Below, piece after piece: positions 40,967-50,500 of a DNA stretch of 64,000 bases. This DNA comes from Granulosicoccus sp. (GTDB lineage Bacteria; Pseudomonadota; Gammaproteobacteria; Granulosicoccales; Granulosicoccaceae). The stretch's first letter is position 1. The number at the start of each line of letters is the position of its first letter. The position numbers and the translations under genes are program-made. The notes under the pieces are model-generated. The model was not told the DNA's origin. It made no database searches and worked only from the letters and a program-made list of their open reading frames with translations. The stretch is from NCBI GenBank assembly GCA_045106475.1, contig JBGCEO010000093.1, positions 100-64,099 on the forward strand, given 5' to 3'.

Positions 40967-41037
40967 TGCAAATACTCAGGATTCAGGTAGCAATCCCGCT
41001 AAGGTTTACAAGGTGACAAGTATCGTCGCCGCTTAAA

Positions 41038-41490
41038 TTGTCTATATTTATGAGCTTTGATTTTTCGCCCAAGGGAATGATGGCAGTCGAGCACTTGCGT
41101 TTTAAACGCTTGTGGCTGGGGCTGGGGCTGTTGATGGTGGCAATAGTTACCCTTGGCTCCGTCATCTCAATTCCACCAACCATCAAAGCCTTTATGCTTC
41201 AGGATAAAGTGTTGCATACACTGGCCTACGCCTGCCTGATGGCATGGTTTGCGCAGATCTACCGGCATGATCTAACCCGATTGCTGCTGGTTATTGCTTT
41301 AACCGGAATGGGAATAGGCATTGAATTTATTCAGGGTATGGTGCCGCACCGACAATTTGATCTTCTGGATATGATCGCCAATACCTCGGGTGTTGTGCTG
41401 GCCTGGGCGCTGGCCTATACCTGGGTCGGTAACGTGCTGTGCTGGATGGAAGGCTTGTTTTGTCGAAAGATCCTGGGTATTGGCGCGTAG
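41038..41490 (+). CDS. VanZ-like family membrane protein
   Basis: It has 4 TM helices. DKVLHTLAY and GIEFIQGMVPHRQFDLLDMIAN are typical of the VanZ family. The start may be an internal Met. Confidence 0.65.
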   Translation: MSIFMSFDFSPKGMMAVEHLRFKRLWLGLGLLMVAIVTLGSVISIPPTIKAFMLQDKVLHTLAYACLMAWFAQIYRHDLTRLLLVIALTGMGIGIEFIQGMVPHRQFDLLDMIANTSGVVLAWALAYTWVGNVLCWMEGLFCRKILGIGA

Positions 41491-41567
41491 CGTTAGCCTG
41501 CTTGTAGAACCAAATTACCCGGCCGGGCTCTAAGACTGCAAATCCATAGGCAGCTGATGCTCAGGCA

Positions 41568-42746
41568 ATGACGCGATTACTTATTCTGGCAATTCGCTTT
41601 CGTCTTATAGTTATTCGTTTTCGTCAGCTAGGCCAGGGGGTAATACTGGCTGCATCCCTGGCAGGGATAGCACCAGTGTTTGCCCAGGTGCAGTTTCCGC
41701 AAGGTGAATTTCCGCTTACCGATTTCGAGCGCTCTTCAATCTCGATAGATGAAATCATGACGGGCGGACCACCGCGCGATGGAATCCCGTCAATCGATGA
41801 TCCTACTTTTGTCAGCATCTCTGCAGCGAGTGAATGGCTGGACTCCCGCGAGCCTGTCATCGCATTGAACCATGAGGGTGAGGCACGTGCTTACCCCATT
41901 CAAATACTGATGTATCACGAGATAGTTAACGATGTAATTGGCGATACTCCGGTCTCTATTACCTTTTGCCCGCTGTGTAACGCATCCATTGTCTTTGATC
42001 GCACGGTAGCGCATGAAGATGAAACCAACGTACTGGATTTCGGCACCACAGGACGACTGCGCAATAGCGATCTGGTCATGTACGACAGGCAAACCGAGAG
42101 TTGGTGGCAGCAATTTACCGGGCAGGGCATTATCGGCAAGTACACCGATACAACACTGTTGCAGCTACCGTCACAAATAGTAAGTTTCGCTGAATTTAGC
42201 GAAGCCTATGCCGATGCCAGTGTGCTATCCAGGGAGACGGGTTTTAACCGACCGTATGGAAACAATCCTTATCGTGGATACGATGCCATTGACAACAATC
42301 CTTTTTTATTCCAAGGAGAAATAGACTCACGCTTGCCAGCGATGGAGAGAGTCCTGAGCATTCGATTGCAATCGGCAACGCAGTTAATACCACTGAGTCC
42401 GCTACTTGAACAACCTTTGCTTAATCTGACTCTGGATCAAAAACCCGTGGCAGTGTTTGCAGCCTCGACTGCTGCCTCTGCTCTGGACGCTGGCAAAATC
42501 GCCGACTCTCGGGCAGTGCCATCAGCTGCAGCCTTTTCTGCCGTGGTTAATGACAAAGCGTTGAGTTTCAAGTTGCTGGATGGCGCCATCATTGATCAGC
42601 AAACTGGCAGTGAATGGAATGCGTTCGGCCAGGCCGTACGCGGGCCATTGAAATCCACCCAACTGCTACAGCTGGATCAAGGTGTGCACTTTGCCTTTGC
42701 GTGGTTGGCATTCGATCCGGCTGCAGTGGTCGTTGAGTTACCCTAG
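41568..42746 (+). CDS. DUF3179 domain protein (exported)
   Basis: 392 aa with a signal peptide. RDGIPSIDDPTF, ITFCPLC and GTTGRLRNSDLVMYDRQTESWWQQ are hallmarks of DUF3179. Confidence 0.75.
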   Translation: MTRLLILAIRFRLIVIRFRQLGQGVILAASLAGIAPVFAQVQFPQGEFPLTDFERSSISIDEIMTGGPPRDGIPSIDDPTFVSISAASEWLDSREPVIALNHEGEARAYPIQILMYHEIVNDVIGDTPVSITFCPLCNASIVFDRTVAHEDETNVLDFGTTGRLRNSDLVMYDRQTESWWQQFTGQGIIGKYTDTTLLQLPSQIVSFAEFSEAYADASVLSRETGFNRPYGNNPYRGYDAIDNNPFLFQGEIDSRLPAMERVLSIRLQSATQLIPLSPLLEQPLLNLTLDQKPVAVFAASTAASALDAGKIADSRAVPSAAAFSAVVNDKALSFKLLDGAIIDQQTGSEWNAFGQAVRGPLKSTQLLQLDQGVHFAFAWLAFDPAAVVVELP

Positions 42747-43981
42747 CTTAGCTCGTCGCCCGATGATTTAAGCCAGTGTTTAAGTGCCAAGACCCTGGCC
42801 TGCAAGATGGCTGCAGGTATCGATGACTTATTATCCAACGAGTTGGCAATTGCGCTGGTATTGACTGCACGAAATGTATCTGCAGCCTTTGCAAGGTAGC
42901 TTGCCTGTGGATAGCTCTTGTGTTCCATGCCCAGTCTGCCTCGGGCATCCGCTTCACACACTGTCAGAAACTGCTCGAAGCGCTCTGGCTTGCGTACTAC
43001 ATCCAGTGAGCTCAGGAGCTTTGCTAGAGTGCTTGCATTTAATTCTCTTGCCCGATGGCAGTGGGTGTGAAATCGGGCTGTTAATACCGCAAGATCCCGA
43101 GTTTTTCTTGGCACCCTCAGACGGGCGCACAAGCTTTCAGATATGTCAGCACCGCGTTGCTCGTGCCCTGAGTGTGAAGGTAAAAGCTCAGAAGGTGTGG
43201 TGGCCTTGCCCAAGTCATGGCACAGAGCGGCAAAGCGAACATCAACTTCGCCACTGAGCGCGGCGGCTTGCTCGACAACCATCATGGTGTGCACGCCGCT
43301 GTCGATCTCCGGATGCCACTGTTCGGGTTGCGGCACGCCAGATAGTGCGTGTACTTCAGGAAAAATGATGCGTAGAGCCTGGCAGCTTTCCAGGGTATCG
43401 AAAAATGCTCTAGGACTCTGTGCAAGCAGGGCACCTTGAGTTTCCTGCCAAACGCGTTCGGCAACCAGACTGTTCACCTCGCCTTGTTGCACCATATCTC
43501 GCATAAGTTCATTAGTTTCTGCGGCAACAGTAAATCCCAGGTGCGTAAATCGAGCCATAAATCTGGCCACTCGCAAGATTCTGACAGGATCTTCTATGAA
43601 GGCCTCGGAGACGTGTCGCAGTATTCTCTGATCAAGATCCTGCTTGCCGTTAAAAGGATCGAGCAATTCACCTGAATCATTCTTGGCCATTGCGTTGATA
43701 GTGAGGTCTCTTCGACTCAGATCCTGATCAAGCGTAACGGTTGTGTCGGTATCAAATGCAAAACCGTGATAACCAGGCCCGGTCTTCCTCTCTTTGCGCG
43801 CAAGCGCATATTCTTCATGTGTTTCGGGGTGAAGGAATACCGGAAAATCCTTGCCAACAGATTGATAGCCTGCATCAAGTAACTCTGCCGGTGTGCTACC
43901 CACGACTACCCAGTCACGATCAACTACTGGTAAACCGAGTAGCTCATCGCGCACAGCGCCGCCCACCAGGTAGCGTTTCAT
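42743..43981 (-). CDS. cca: multifunctional CCA-adding enzyme with HD domain
   Basis: From ATG 43981 it reads MKRYLVGGAVRDELLGLPVVDRDWVVVG. RRDLTINAMA and the HD motif CHDLGK are present. Confidence 0.93.
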   Translation of the reverse strand: MKRYLVGGAVRDELLGLPVVDRDWVVVGSTPAELLDAGYQSVGKDFPVFLHPETHEEYALARKERKTGPGYHGFAFDTDTTVTLDQDLSRRDLTINAMAKNDSGELLDPFNGKQDLDQRILRHVSEAFIEDPVRILRVARFMARFTHLGFTVAAETNELMRDMVQQGEVNSLVAERVWQETQGALLAQSPRAFFDTLESCQALRIIFPEVHALSGVPQPEQWHPEIDSGVHTMMVVEQAAALSGEVDVRFAALCHDLGKATTPSELLPSHSGHEQRGADISESLCARLRVPRKTRDLAVLTARFHTHCHRARELNASTLAKLLSSLDVVRKPERFEQFLTVCEADARGRLGMEHKSYPQASYLAKAADTFRAVNTSAIANSLDNKSSIPAAILQARVLALKHWLKSSGDELS

Positions 43982-44064
43982 ACTTGTGAGAGACCTAATT
44001 CCTTCATACTGCGAATGGTACACTGGCGCGCAGGGTTGAACGACAGTCTATTAGTGACCAAAGC

Positions 44065-45129
44065 ATGCGAAAAGTAATTATTGGTGTTCTGGCTTGCGTA
44101 CTGGGCCTACCCCTGAGTGGTTGCAGCACTATTGGTTACTACTCTCAAGCGGTAGGTGGGCACTTTAAGCTAATGCGGGCGCGTCAGCCGATCAAAGAAC
44201 TGCTGGCTGATAAAGACACCGCACCGGAGCTGCGCGAACAACTGCAGACTCTAGTGGATGCAAGGGATTTTGCCGCCAAGCAGCTCCTGCTGCCCGACAA
44301 CGATAGTTATAGCACTTATGTGCAAACTGGCCGCAGGGCGGTGACCTGGAATGTAGTGGCAGCAGAGGAGTTTTCAGTACAGCCAAAGACCTGGTGTTTC
44401 CCCATTGCGGGCTGCGTCAGTTACCGTGGTTACTTTGATCGCGCAGATGCAGATGCCTATGCAAATACCCTGGCTGAGCAAAGCTATGATGTAACTGTTG
44501 GAGGGGCGTCTGCTTACTCCACATTGGGTTGGTTCGAAGATCCGGTTCTGGATACGATGCTTCGAGGCGGTGACATTCGCTATGTGGGTACACTTTTTCA
44601 TGAATTGGCCCATCAGCTTCTCTATGTCAAGGATGACAGTAACTTCAACGAGGCTTATGCAACTTTTGTTGAGCAAGTTGGTGTTCGTCGCTGGTTAGTG
44701 CATCGTGATCAGGCTGAGCGCATTCCCGCGTACGATGCTCATCTAAGACGTATTGAAGATTTTGTGGCGCTGTTAAAGCGCACTAGAGGTGCGTTGCAGG
44801 CGCTGTTTTCTCAGGATATCAATGATGAAACCATGAGAGACATGAAACAGGAAGTGTTTGCAACCATGAGAGAGGAGTACGAGGCGCTAAAGCAATCCTG
44901 GGGCGGCTTTGCCGGGTATGACAATTGGTTCAAGCGTGAACTTAACAATGCTCGACTGGTTGCTGTGTCGACTTATAGACGAAATGTACCCGCCTTCCAG
45001 GCTATGTATGAAGAGGCTGGAGAAGAGCTGGACAGATTCTACGAGATAGCCAGGGAGGTTTCACAGCTGCCTTATGAAGAACGTCAGGCAAGGCTCAATG
45101 AATACCTTCAAGCTAGCGAGCTGCTTTAG
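44065..45129 (+). CDS. predicted zinc aminopeptidase lipoprotein (COG4324 / DUF2265-like)
   Basis: It has a lipobox (LPLSGC), GYYSQAVGGHFKL and an HELAHQ zinc motif. Confidence 0.7.
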   Translation: MRKVIIGVLACVLGLPLSGCSTIGYYSQAVGGHFKLMRARQPIKELLADKDTAPELREQLQTLVDARDFAAKQLLLPDNDSYSTYVQTGRRAVTWNVVAAEEFSVQPKTWCFPIAGCVSYRGYFDRADADAYANTLAEQSYDVTVGGASAYSTLGWFEDPVLDTMLRGGDIRYVGTLFHELAHQLLYVKDDSNFNEAYATFVEQVGVRRWLVHRDQAERIPAYDAHLRRIEDFVALLKRTRGALQALFSQDINDETMRDMKQEVFATMREEYEALKQSWGGFAGYDNWFKRELNNARLVAVSTYRRNVPAFQAMYEEAGEELDRFYEIAREVSQLPYEERQARLNEYLQASELL

Positions 45130-45184
45130 CAGTACAGAGTTTAAGTGGTGTCACCACAAGACTTGTTGTGGAGCTGGTCTATAC

Positions 45185-45205
45185 ATACATATAAATTATA
45201 TGTAT
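45185..45205. promoter_or_regulatory. perfect 10-1-10 palindrome, candidate Rrf2/NsrR operator
   Basis: ATACATATAA-A-TTATATGTAT, read directly. It lies 15-35 nt upstream of the DUF3565 start candidates, about 230 nt from the 3' end of the Rrf2 gene, which overlaps the DUF3565 stop. Confidence 0.5.
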
Positions 45206-45219
45206 AGTTTCGGGTATGT

Positions 45220-45447
45220 TTGAAAAGAAAATTGAATAGGGTGTGGCGTACAATTGTTGGTTTCAATCTCGATGAACAGGACGATTGGGTAGCAAAACTA
45301 AGTTGTGGACATGGGCAGCATGTCAGGCACAATCCGCCCTGGATTCAACGCCCGTGGGTTCTAAACGAGCACGGAAGGCAGAAAAAAATGGGAGCGCTAC
45401 TAGACTGCAAAATATGTGATCAGGACGAGTCCGAAATGCTCAACTAG
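45220..45447 (+). CDS. DUF3565 domain protein
   Basis: IVGFNLDEQDDWVAKLSCGHGQHVRHNPPW matches my memory of the DUF3565 core. The start is TTG 45220 or GTG 45241. Confidence 0.7.
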   Translation: MKRKLNRVWRTIVGFNLDEQDDWVAKLSCGHGQHVRHNPPWIQRPWVLNEHGRQKKMGALLDCKICDQDESEMLN

Positions 45448-45874
45448 CTCGGTGCATCACGATTTTTTGCAGGTGACTACGTTGCTTGACCAGATCTGCA
45501 AGAGTGTATTGATCGAGTTCGTTTATAAACGCATTCGTGGCTTTTTGCAGAGCTCTTTCTAGTTTGCAACTGCTTTGAAACAGACAAGGGCCATCACTAC
45601 AGGCTACCAGTTCGGTGACTTCTTCCAGTTGCCTGAAGACTTCTCCTATATTTAACTCATTGTGGTCATAGTGAATGCGGACGCCACCCGATCGGCCCCG
45701 TACTGTTTCAACCAAATCCAGCTTTGCCAATTGGTGCACTACCTTCATGAGGTGGGCACGTGAGATGTTAAAGGTATCGCTTATCTGCTCAATGCTCATC
45801 AGTTCGCCCTTCGGCTGAAGAGCAAGCAACATCAATGTACGTAGGGAGTAATCCGTCAGTTTGGTTATGTACAT
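45440..45874 (-). CDS. Rrf2-family Fe-S transcriptional regulator (NsrR-like)
   Basis: The HTH reads MYITKLTDYSLRTLMLLAL...ISRAHLMKVVHQL. The three Cys are spaced C-x4-C-x5-C (CSDGPCLFQSSC), as in E. coli NsrR. Confidence 0.8.
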   Translation of the reverse strand: MYITKLTDYSLRTLMLLALQPKGELMSIEQISDTFNISRAHLMKVVHQLAKLDLVETVRGRSGGVRIHYDHNELNIGEVFRQLEEVTELVACSDGPCLFQSSCKLERALQKATNAFINELDQYTLADLVKQRSHLQKIVMHRAS

Positions 45875-45984
45875 TGTACGGTTGTCCTATAAATCACCAG
45901 CAAGCTTCCCAATTTTAAGACAGTCCGTATAGAGAGCGTCTACCCACTTAATTCACGTTTATTCATTTATGTGTCACGACTGTT

Positions 45985-47445
45985 TTACGGCAAAAGAGTC
46001 TGGCCCATCATGTCGTAATCAATCTCGCGTGCTGCTTCTCTTCCTTCGTTAATGGCCCAAACCACCAGGGATTGACCTCGGCGGCAATCGCCAGCTGCAA
46101 AGATACCATCAACCGACGTCCGATACTTTCCATATTCGGCCTTATAGTTGGAGCGTTGGTCATACTCGATACCTATTGGATCGGAACATTGATGCTCCGG
46201 GCCTAGAAAGCCCATCGCCAGCAGCACAAGGTCAGCTTTCCACTCTTTCTCCGAACCGGGTCGCGGAACGAATTTACCGTCTTTGAAATCGACTTCAACA
46301 GTACGAACGGCTTTTAGTACACCGTCTTCGCCGACGAACTCAACAGAAGAAATCTGATAGACGCGCGGGTCGTTTCCGAACACGCTGGCTGATTCTTCGT
46401 GGCCGTAGTCGGTTCTAAAAATCTTGGGCCAGCTCGGCCATGGATTGTTTTCTGCTCGCGACTCGGGTGGTTGCGGAACGACTTCAAAGTTGACGAGGCT
46501 TTTACAGCCATGACGCAGTGAGGTTGCGATGCAATCTGTACCTGTGTCGCCGCCGCCGATCACGATGACATGCTTATCCTTCGCTGAAATGTAGTTGTCA
46601 TCGGCATGTTTAGAATCAAGCAGGCTCCTGGTGTTGCCGGTTAGAAAATCCATCGCGAAGTGCACACCGGCGAACTCCCGACCGGGGATCGGCAAATCAC
46701 GAGGAGTGGTTGCACCTGTAGTAAGCAGTATTGAGTCATGCGACTCTTTCAGCTTATTGATATCGATCGTGCCGTTGCTGCCATCCCCCACATTCTGATT
46801 AACCAGAAACGTTATACCTTCGGCTTTGAGCAATTCAACCCGACGGTTAACGACGTCTTCTTTTTCCAGTTTCATATTCGGAATGCCGTAGGTTAGCAAT
46901 CCTCCTACTCGATCTTCACGCTCATACACGGTTACCGTGTGGCCCGCTCTGTTAAGTTGTGCAGCCGCAGCTAATCCGGCAGGGCCCGAGCCTATAACGC
47001 CAACAGTTTTGCCACTTCGGGTGCTGGGTGGTTCCGGTACAACCCAGCCTTCGGCAAACCCACGATCAATGATGGCCATTTCAATGTTCTTGATGGTAAC
47101 CGCTGGTTCATTGATGCCAAGCACACAAGCACCTTCGCAGGGAGCAGGGCAAACACGCCCGGTAAACTCCGGGAAATTATTGGTTTTGTGTAACCTGTCC
47201 AAAGCATCCTTCCACTGATTCTTGTAGATCAGATCATTCCATTCTGGAATCAGATTGTGCACAGGGCAGCCGTCATCAGACTGGCAAAACGGCACACCAC
47301 AATCCATGCAGCGAGCACCCTGTGATTGCAGACGATCGTCCACATGGTCGGTGTAGATTTCGGAATAGTCCAGCAGACGTACGTCGGCAGAACGATAAGG
47401 TGCAGCTTCGCGCTTTATCTCGATAAAACCTGTATGTTTACCCAT
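45985..47445 (-). CDS. gltD: glutamate synthase small subunit, Bacillus-type
   Basis: From ATG 47445 it reads [52 protein letters not shown] and the C-terminal [14 protein letters not shown] are present. It lies 23 nt downstream of gltB. Confidence 0.9.
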   Translation of the reverse strand: MGKHTGFIEIKREAAPYRSADVRLLDYSEIYTDHVDDRLQSQGARCMDCGVPFCQSDDGCPVHNLIPEWNDLIYKNQWKDALDRLHKTNNFPEFTGRVCPAPCEGACVLGINEPAVTIKNIEMAIIDRGFAEGWVVPEPPSTRSGKTVGVIGSGPAGLAAAAQLNRAGHTVTVYEREDRVGGLLTYGIPNMKLEKEDVVNRRVELLKAEGITFLVNQNVGDGSNGTIDINKLKESHDSILLTTGATTPRDLPIPGREFAGVHFAMDFLTGNTRSLLDSKHADDNYISAKDKHVIVIGGGDTGTDCIATSLRHGCKSLVNFEVVPQPPESRAENNPWPSWPKIFRTDYGHEESASVFGNDPRVYQISSVEFVGEDGVLKAVRTVEVDFKDGKFVPRPGSEKEWKADLVLLAMGFLGPEHQCSDPIGIEYDQRSNYKAEYGKYRTSVDGIFAAGDCRRGQSLVVWAINEGREAAREIDYDMMGQTLLP

Positions 47446-47519
47446 ACTCGGAACTCTAGTCTTCGTGTTGGTTGTTGTGTAGCTGTCTGGTGGCAATTAC
47501 CAAACGTTAGCGGTTGTTT

Positions 47520-50500
47520 TTAGCCGGTTACCAGCTCTTCCGCTCTGGATTGCTTCATGGCCTTTTGTTGTTGCAATACCCGTTTGTAGTCACGAGGCAT
47601 CACTTTTACGAAGTGATTGATGTGAGACTCCCACTCGCTCATTACGCTTTGCGCAAGTGTAGAGCCAGTATAGCCAATGTGCTTTTCAATCAGGGTCTGC
47701 ACTTCGCGAACATCTTCGTCATCGATCAGTGATTCCAGCTCTACCATATCCATGTTGCAACGCTCTTGCAGTTTTCCTTCTGTATCCAGAACATAAGCAA
47801 TACCGCCGCTCATTCCGGAAGCGAAGTTTCGTCCTGTGCTGCCCAGTACGACAACTCGCCCACCGGTCATGTATTCGCAGCCGTGATCGCCAACACCTTC
47901 GACAACCGCATTGGCACCGCTATTACGGACGCAAAATCGCTCTGCAACCACACCATTCAGGAAACACTCACCACTGGTTGCACCATAGAGGATAACGTTG
48001 CCGGCGATGATGTTCTCTTCAGCCTTGAATGAGCTAACCCGAGGTGGGTATACGACAATGCGTCCACCGGATAAACCTTTGCCAACAAAATCGTTAGCAT
48101 CGCCCTCAACTTCCAGCGTTACACCTTTGGCCAGCCATGCACCAAAGCTTTGGCCTGCGTTGCCGTTGAATTTGAAGTGAATGGTGTCATCGGCGAGCAT
48201 ATCCGGGCCCACGTCGCGAATGATCCTGTTAGAGAGCATGCCGCCAACCACGCGGTTGGTATTGATCAGTGCTAGTTCATGAAATACTTTCTTACCTGAC
48301 GAAAGAGCGGGCTGGGCAAGATCAATTAAGGTGTTGTCGAGTGCTTTTTCCAGCCCATGGTCTTGCTTGTGTATCTGGTAGGCACCGAGGAAATCTTTGG
48401 GTTCTGTCGCTTTAGTGAGTAGAGCAGACAGATCAAGACCTTCCGACTTCCAATGCCTTAATGCGTCGTCTACCTCCAAGGCATCCACGCGTCCGACCAT
48501 CTCGTTGAACGTTCTAAAGCCCAGCTCAGCCATTATCATGCGCAACTCTTTTGCAACCATGAATATGTAATTAACGACGTGTTCGGGCTGGCCGGTAAAT
48601 TTCTTGCGTAGTTCCTTGTCCTGGGTAGCTATACCCACGGGGCAAGTATTTAAGTGGCACTTGCGCATCATGATGCAACCCAACGCGATTAGCGGAGCTG
48701 TTGCCAGGCCGATTTCTTCTGCACCTAGCAGTGCAGCAATGGCAACGTCGCGACCTGTCTTGATTTGCCCATCAGTCTGTAATACAACTCGAGATCGTAG
48801 ATTGTTGAGCACTAGAGTCTGGTGTGTCTCGGCCAGTCCAAGTTCCCAGGGAACGCCTGCGTGCTTGATGGAGGTCAGCGGTGATGCACCAGTGCCGCCC
48901 GAATCACCTGCTATCACGATATGGTCGGCCAGCGCTTTTGCTACTCCTGCCGCGACCGTGCCAACGCCAACCTCTGCGCCCAGTTTGACACTGATGCGCG
49001 CAAGAGGATTGGCATTTTTTAAATCATGGATCAACTGCGACATGTCCTCAATCGAGTAGATGTCGTGGTGCGGAGGCGGGCTGATAAGGCCAACTCCGGG
49101 CGTCGAGTGTCTGAGCTTGGCGATATAGTCGTCAACCTTTGCGCCAGGTAGTTCTCCTCCTTCTCCAGGCTTGGCGCCTTGTATTATCTTGATTTGTAGT
49201 TCGTCCGCATTACTTAGGTAGTTTATCGTTACACCAAAGCGGCCACTGGCAACCTGTTTGATAGCCGAGCGTTTAGAATCACCGTTAGCCATAGGTACAA
49301 AGCGCTTGGCGTCTTCACCCCCTTCGCCTGTATTGGATTTTCCACCAATGCGATTCATGGCGATAGCCAGCGTTTCATGCGCCTCTGCACTGATGCTGCC
49401 AAAACTCATCGCACCGGTTGCAAAGCGCTTGACGATTTCTGCCGCAGGTTCAACCTCGTCTATGGGTATAGAACCACCATTGACAGTTGCATTGAACTTC
49501 AACAGGCCTCGCAGCGTAGCGTTGCGCGTGTTCTCTTCATTGGTTTGTTTGGCAAATTTCCAGTAGGCATCTTCATTGTTAGAGCGCGCTGCAGTTTGCA
49601 GGCTGGCAACCGAGGAGGGTTCCCACATATGTGTATCGCCATGCCGGCGCCAGTGAAAATCACCCGGGTTCGGTAAGACCTGCGTTGTCGGCATGTCACG
49701 ACTGGGAAATCCCAATTGATGGCGGCGCTGCATTTCTTGTGCTATCACTTCAAGATCAGCGCCGTTAACTCGACTGGCGGCACCAATAAAAGCGACATCG
49801 ACAACATCCTGCGCCAGCCCCACTATCTCGAATATCTGTGCACCCTTGTAGGATTGAAGGGTTGAGATTCCCATCTTTCCCATCACTTTCAGCATACCTT
49901 TGCCAGCCGCTTTTTTATAGGTTTCAACAATGTCCTGATCGTTGCTTATATGCTCTATTCCATCAAATCTGCCTTGTGCCCGTGCATCCCACAGCGCTTC
50001 ATAGGCAAGGTAAGGATTAATCGCATCCACGCCAAAGCCTGCCAGTAGGCAATGATGGTGGACTTCTCTCGCTTCGCCAGATTCCAACACCAGCCCAATT
50101 CTCGAGCGTTGATGCTTTGCATTGAGATGATGGTGCACAGCTCCCACTGCCAACAATGAGCTTATCGCTACTTTCTGATCATTCACACCACGATCCGACA
50201 GTATGACCAGACTGTTGCCGTCTGCGATGGCCTGCATTGCCTGAGACTTTATTCGCTCAAGTGCGTCCACTAGCCCTTGTTTGCCGGAACCGGACGGGAA
50301 GGTGATATCTATAACCGTCGATGTCCATCCTCGGTAGTCGAGTTGCTTTAGCGACGCCAGTTCTTCATTAGTTAGAATAGGGTGGGGCAGCTTTAATCGA
50401 TGGGCGTGCTGTTCAGTCGTTTCCAGCAGATTGCCTTCGGGGCCGATATAGCAGTTCAAGGCCATAATGACCTCTTCGCGAATGGCGTCGATTGCCGGGT

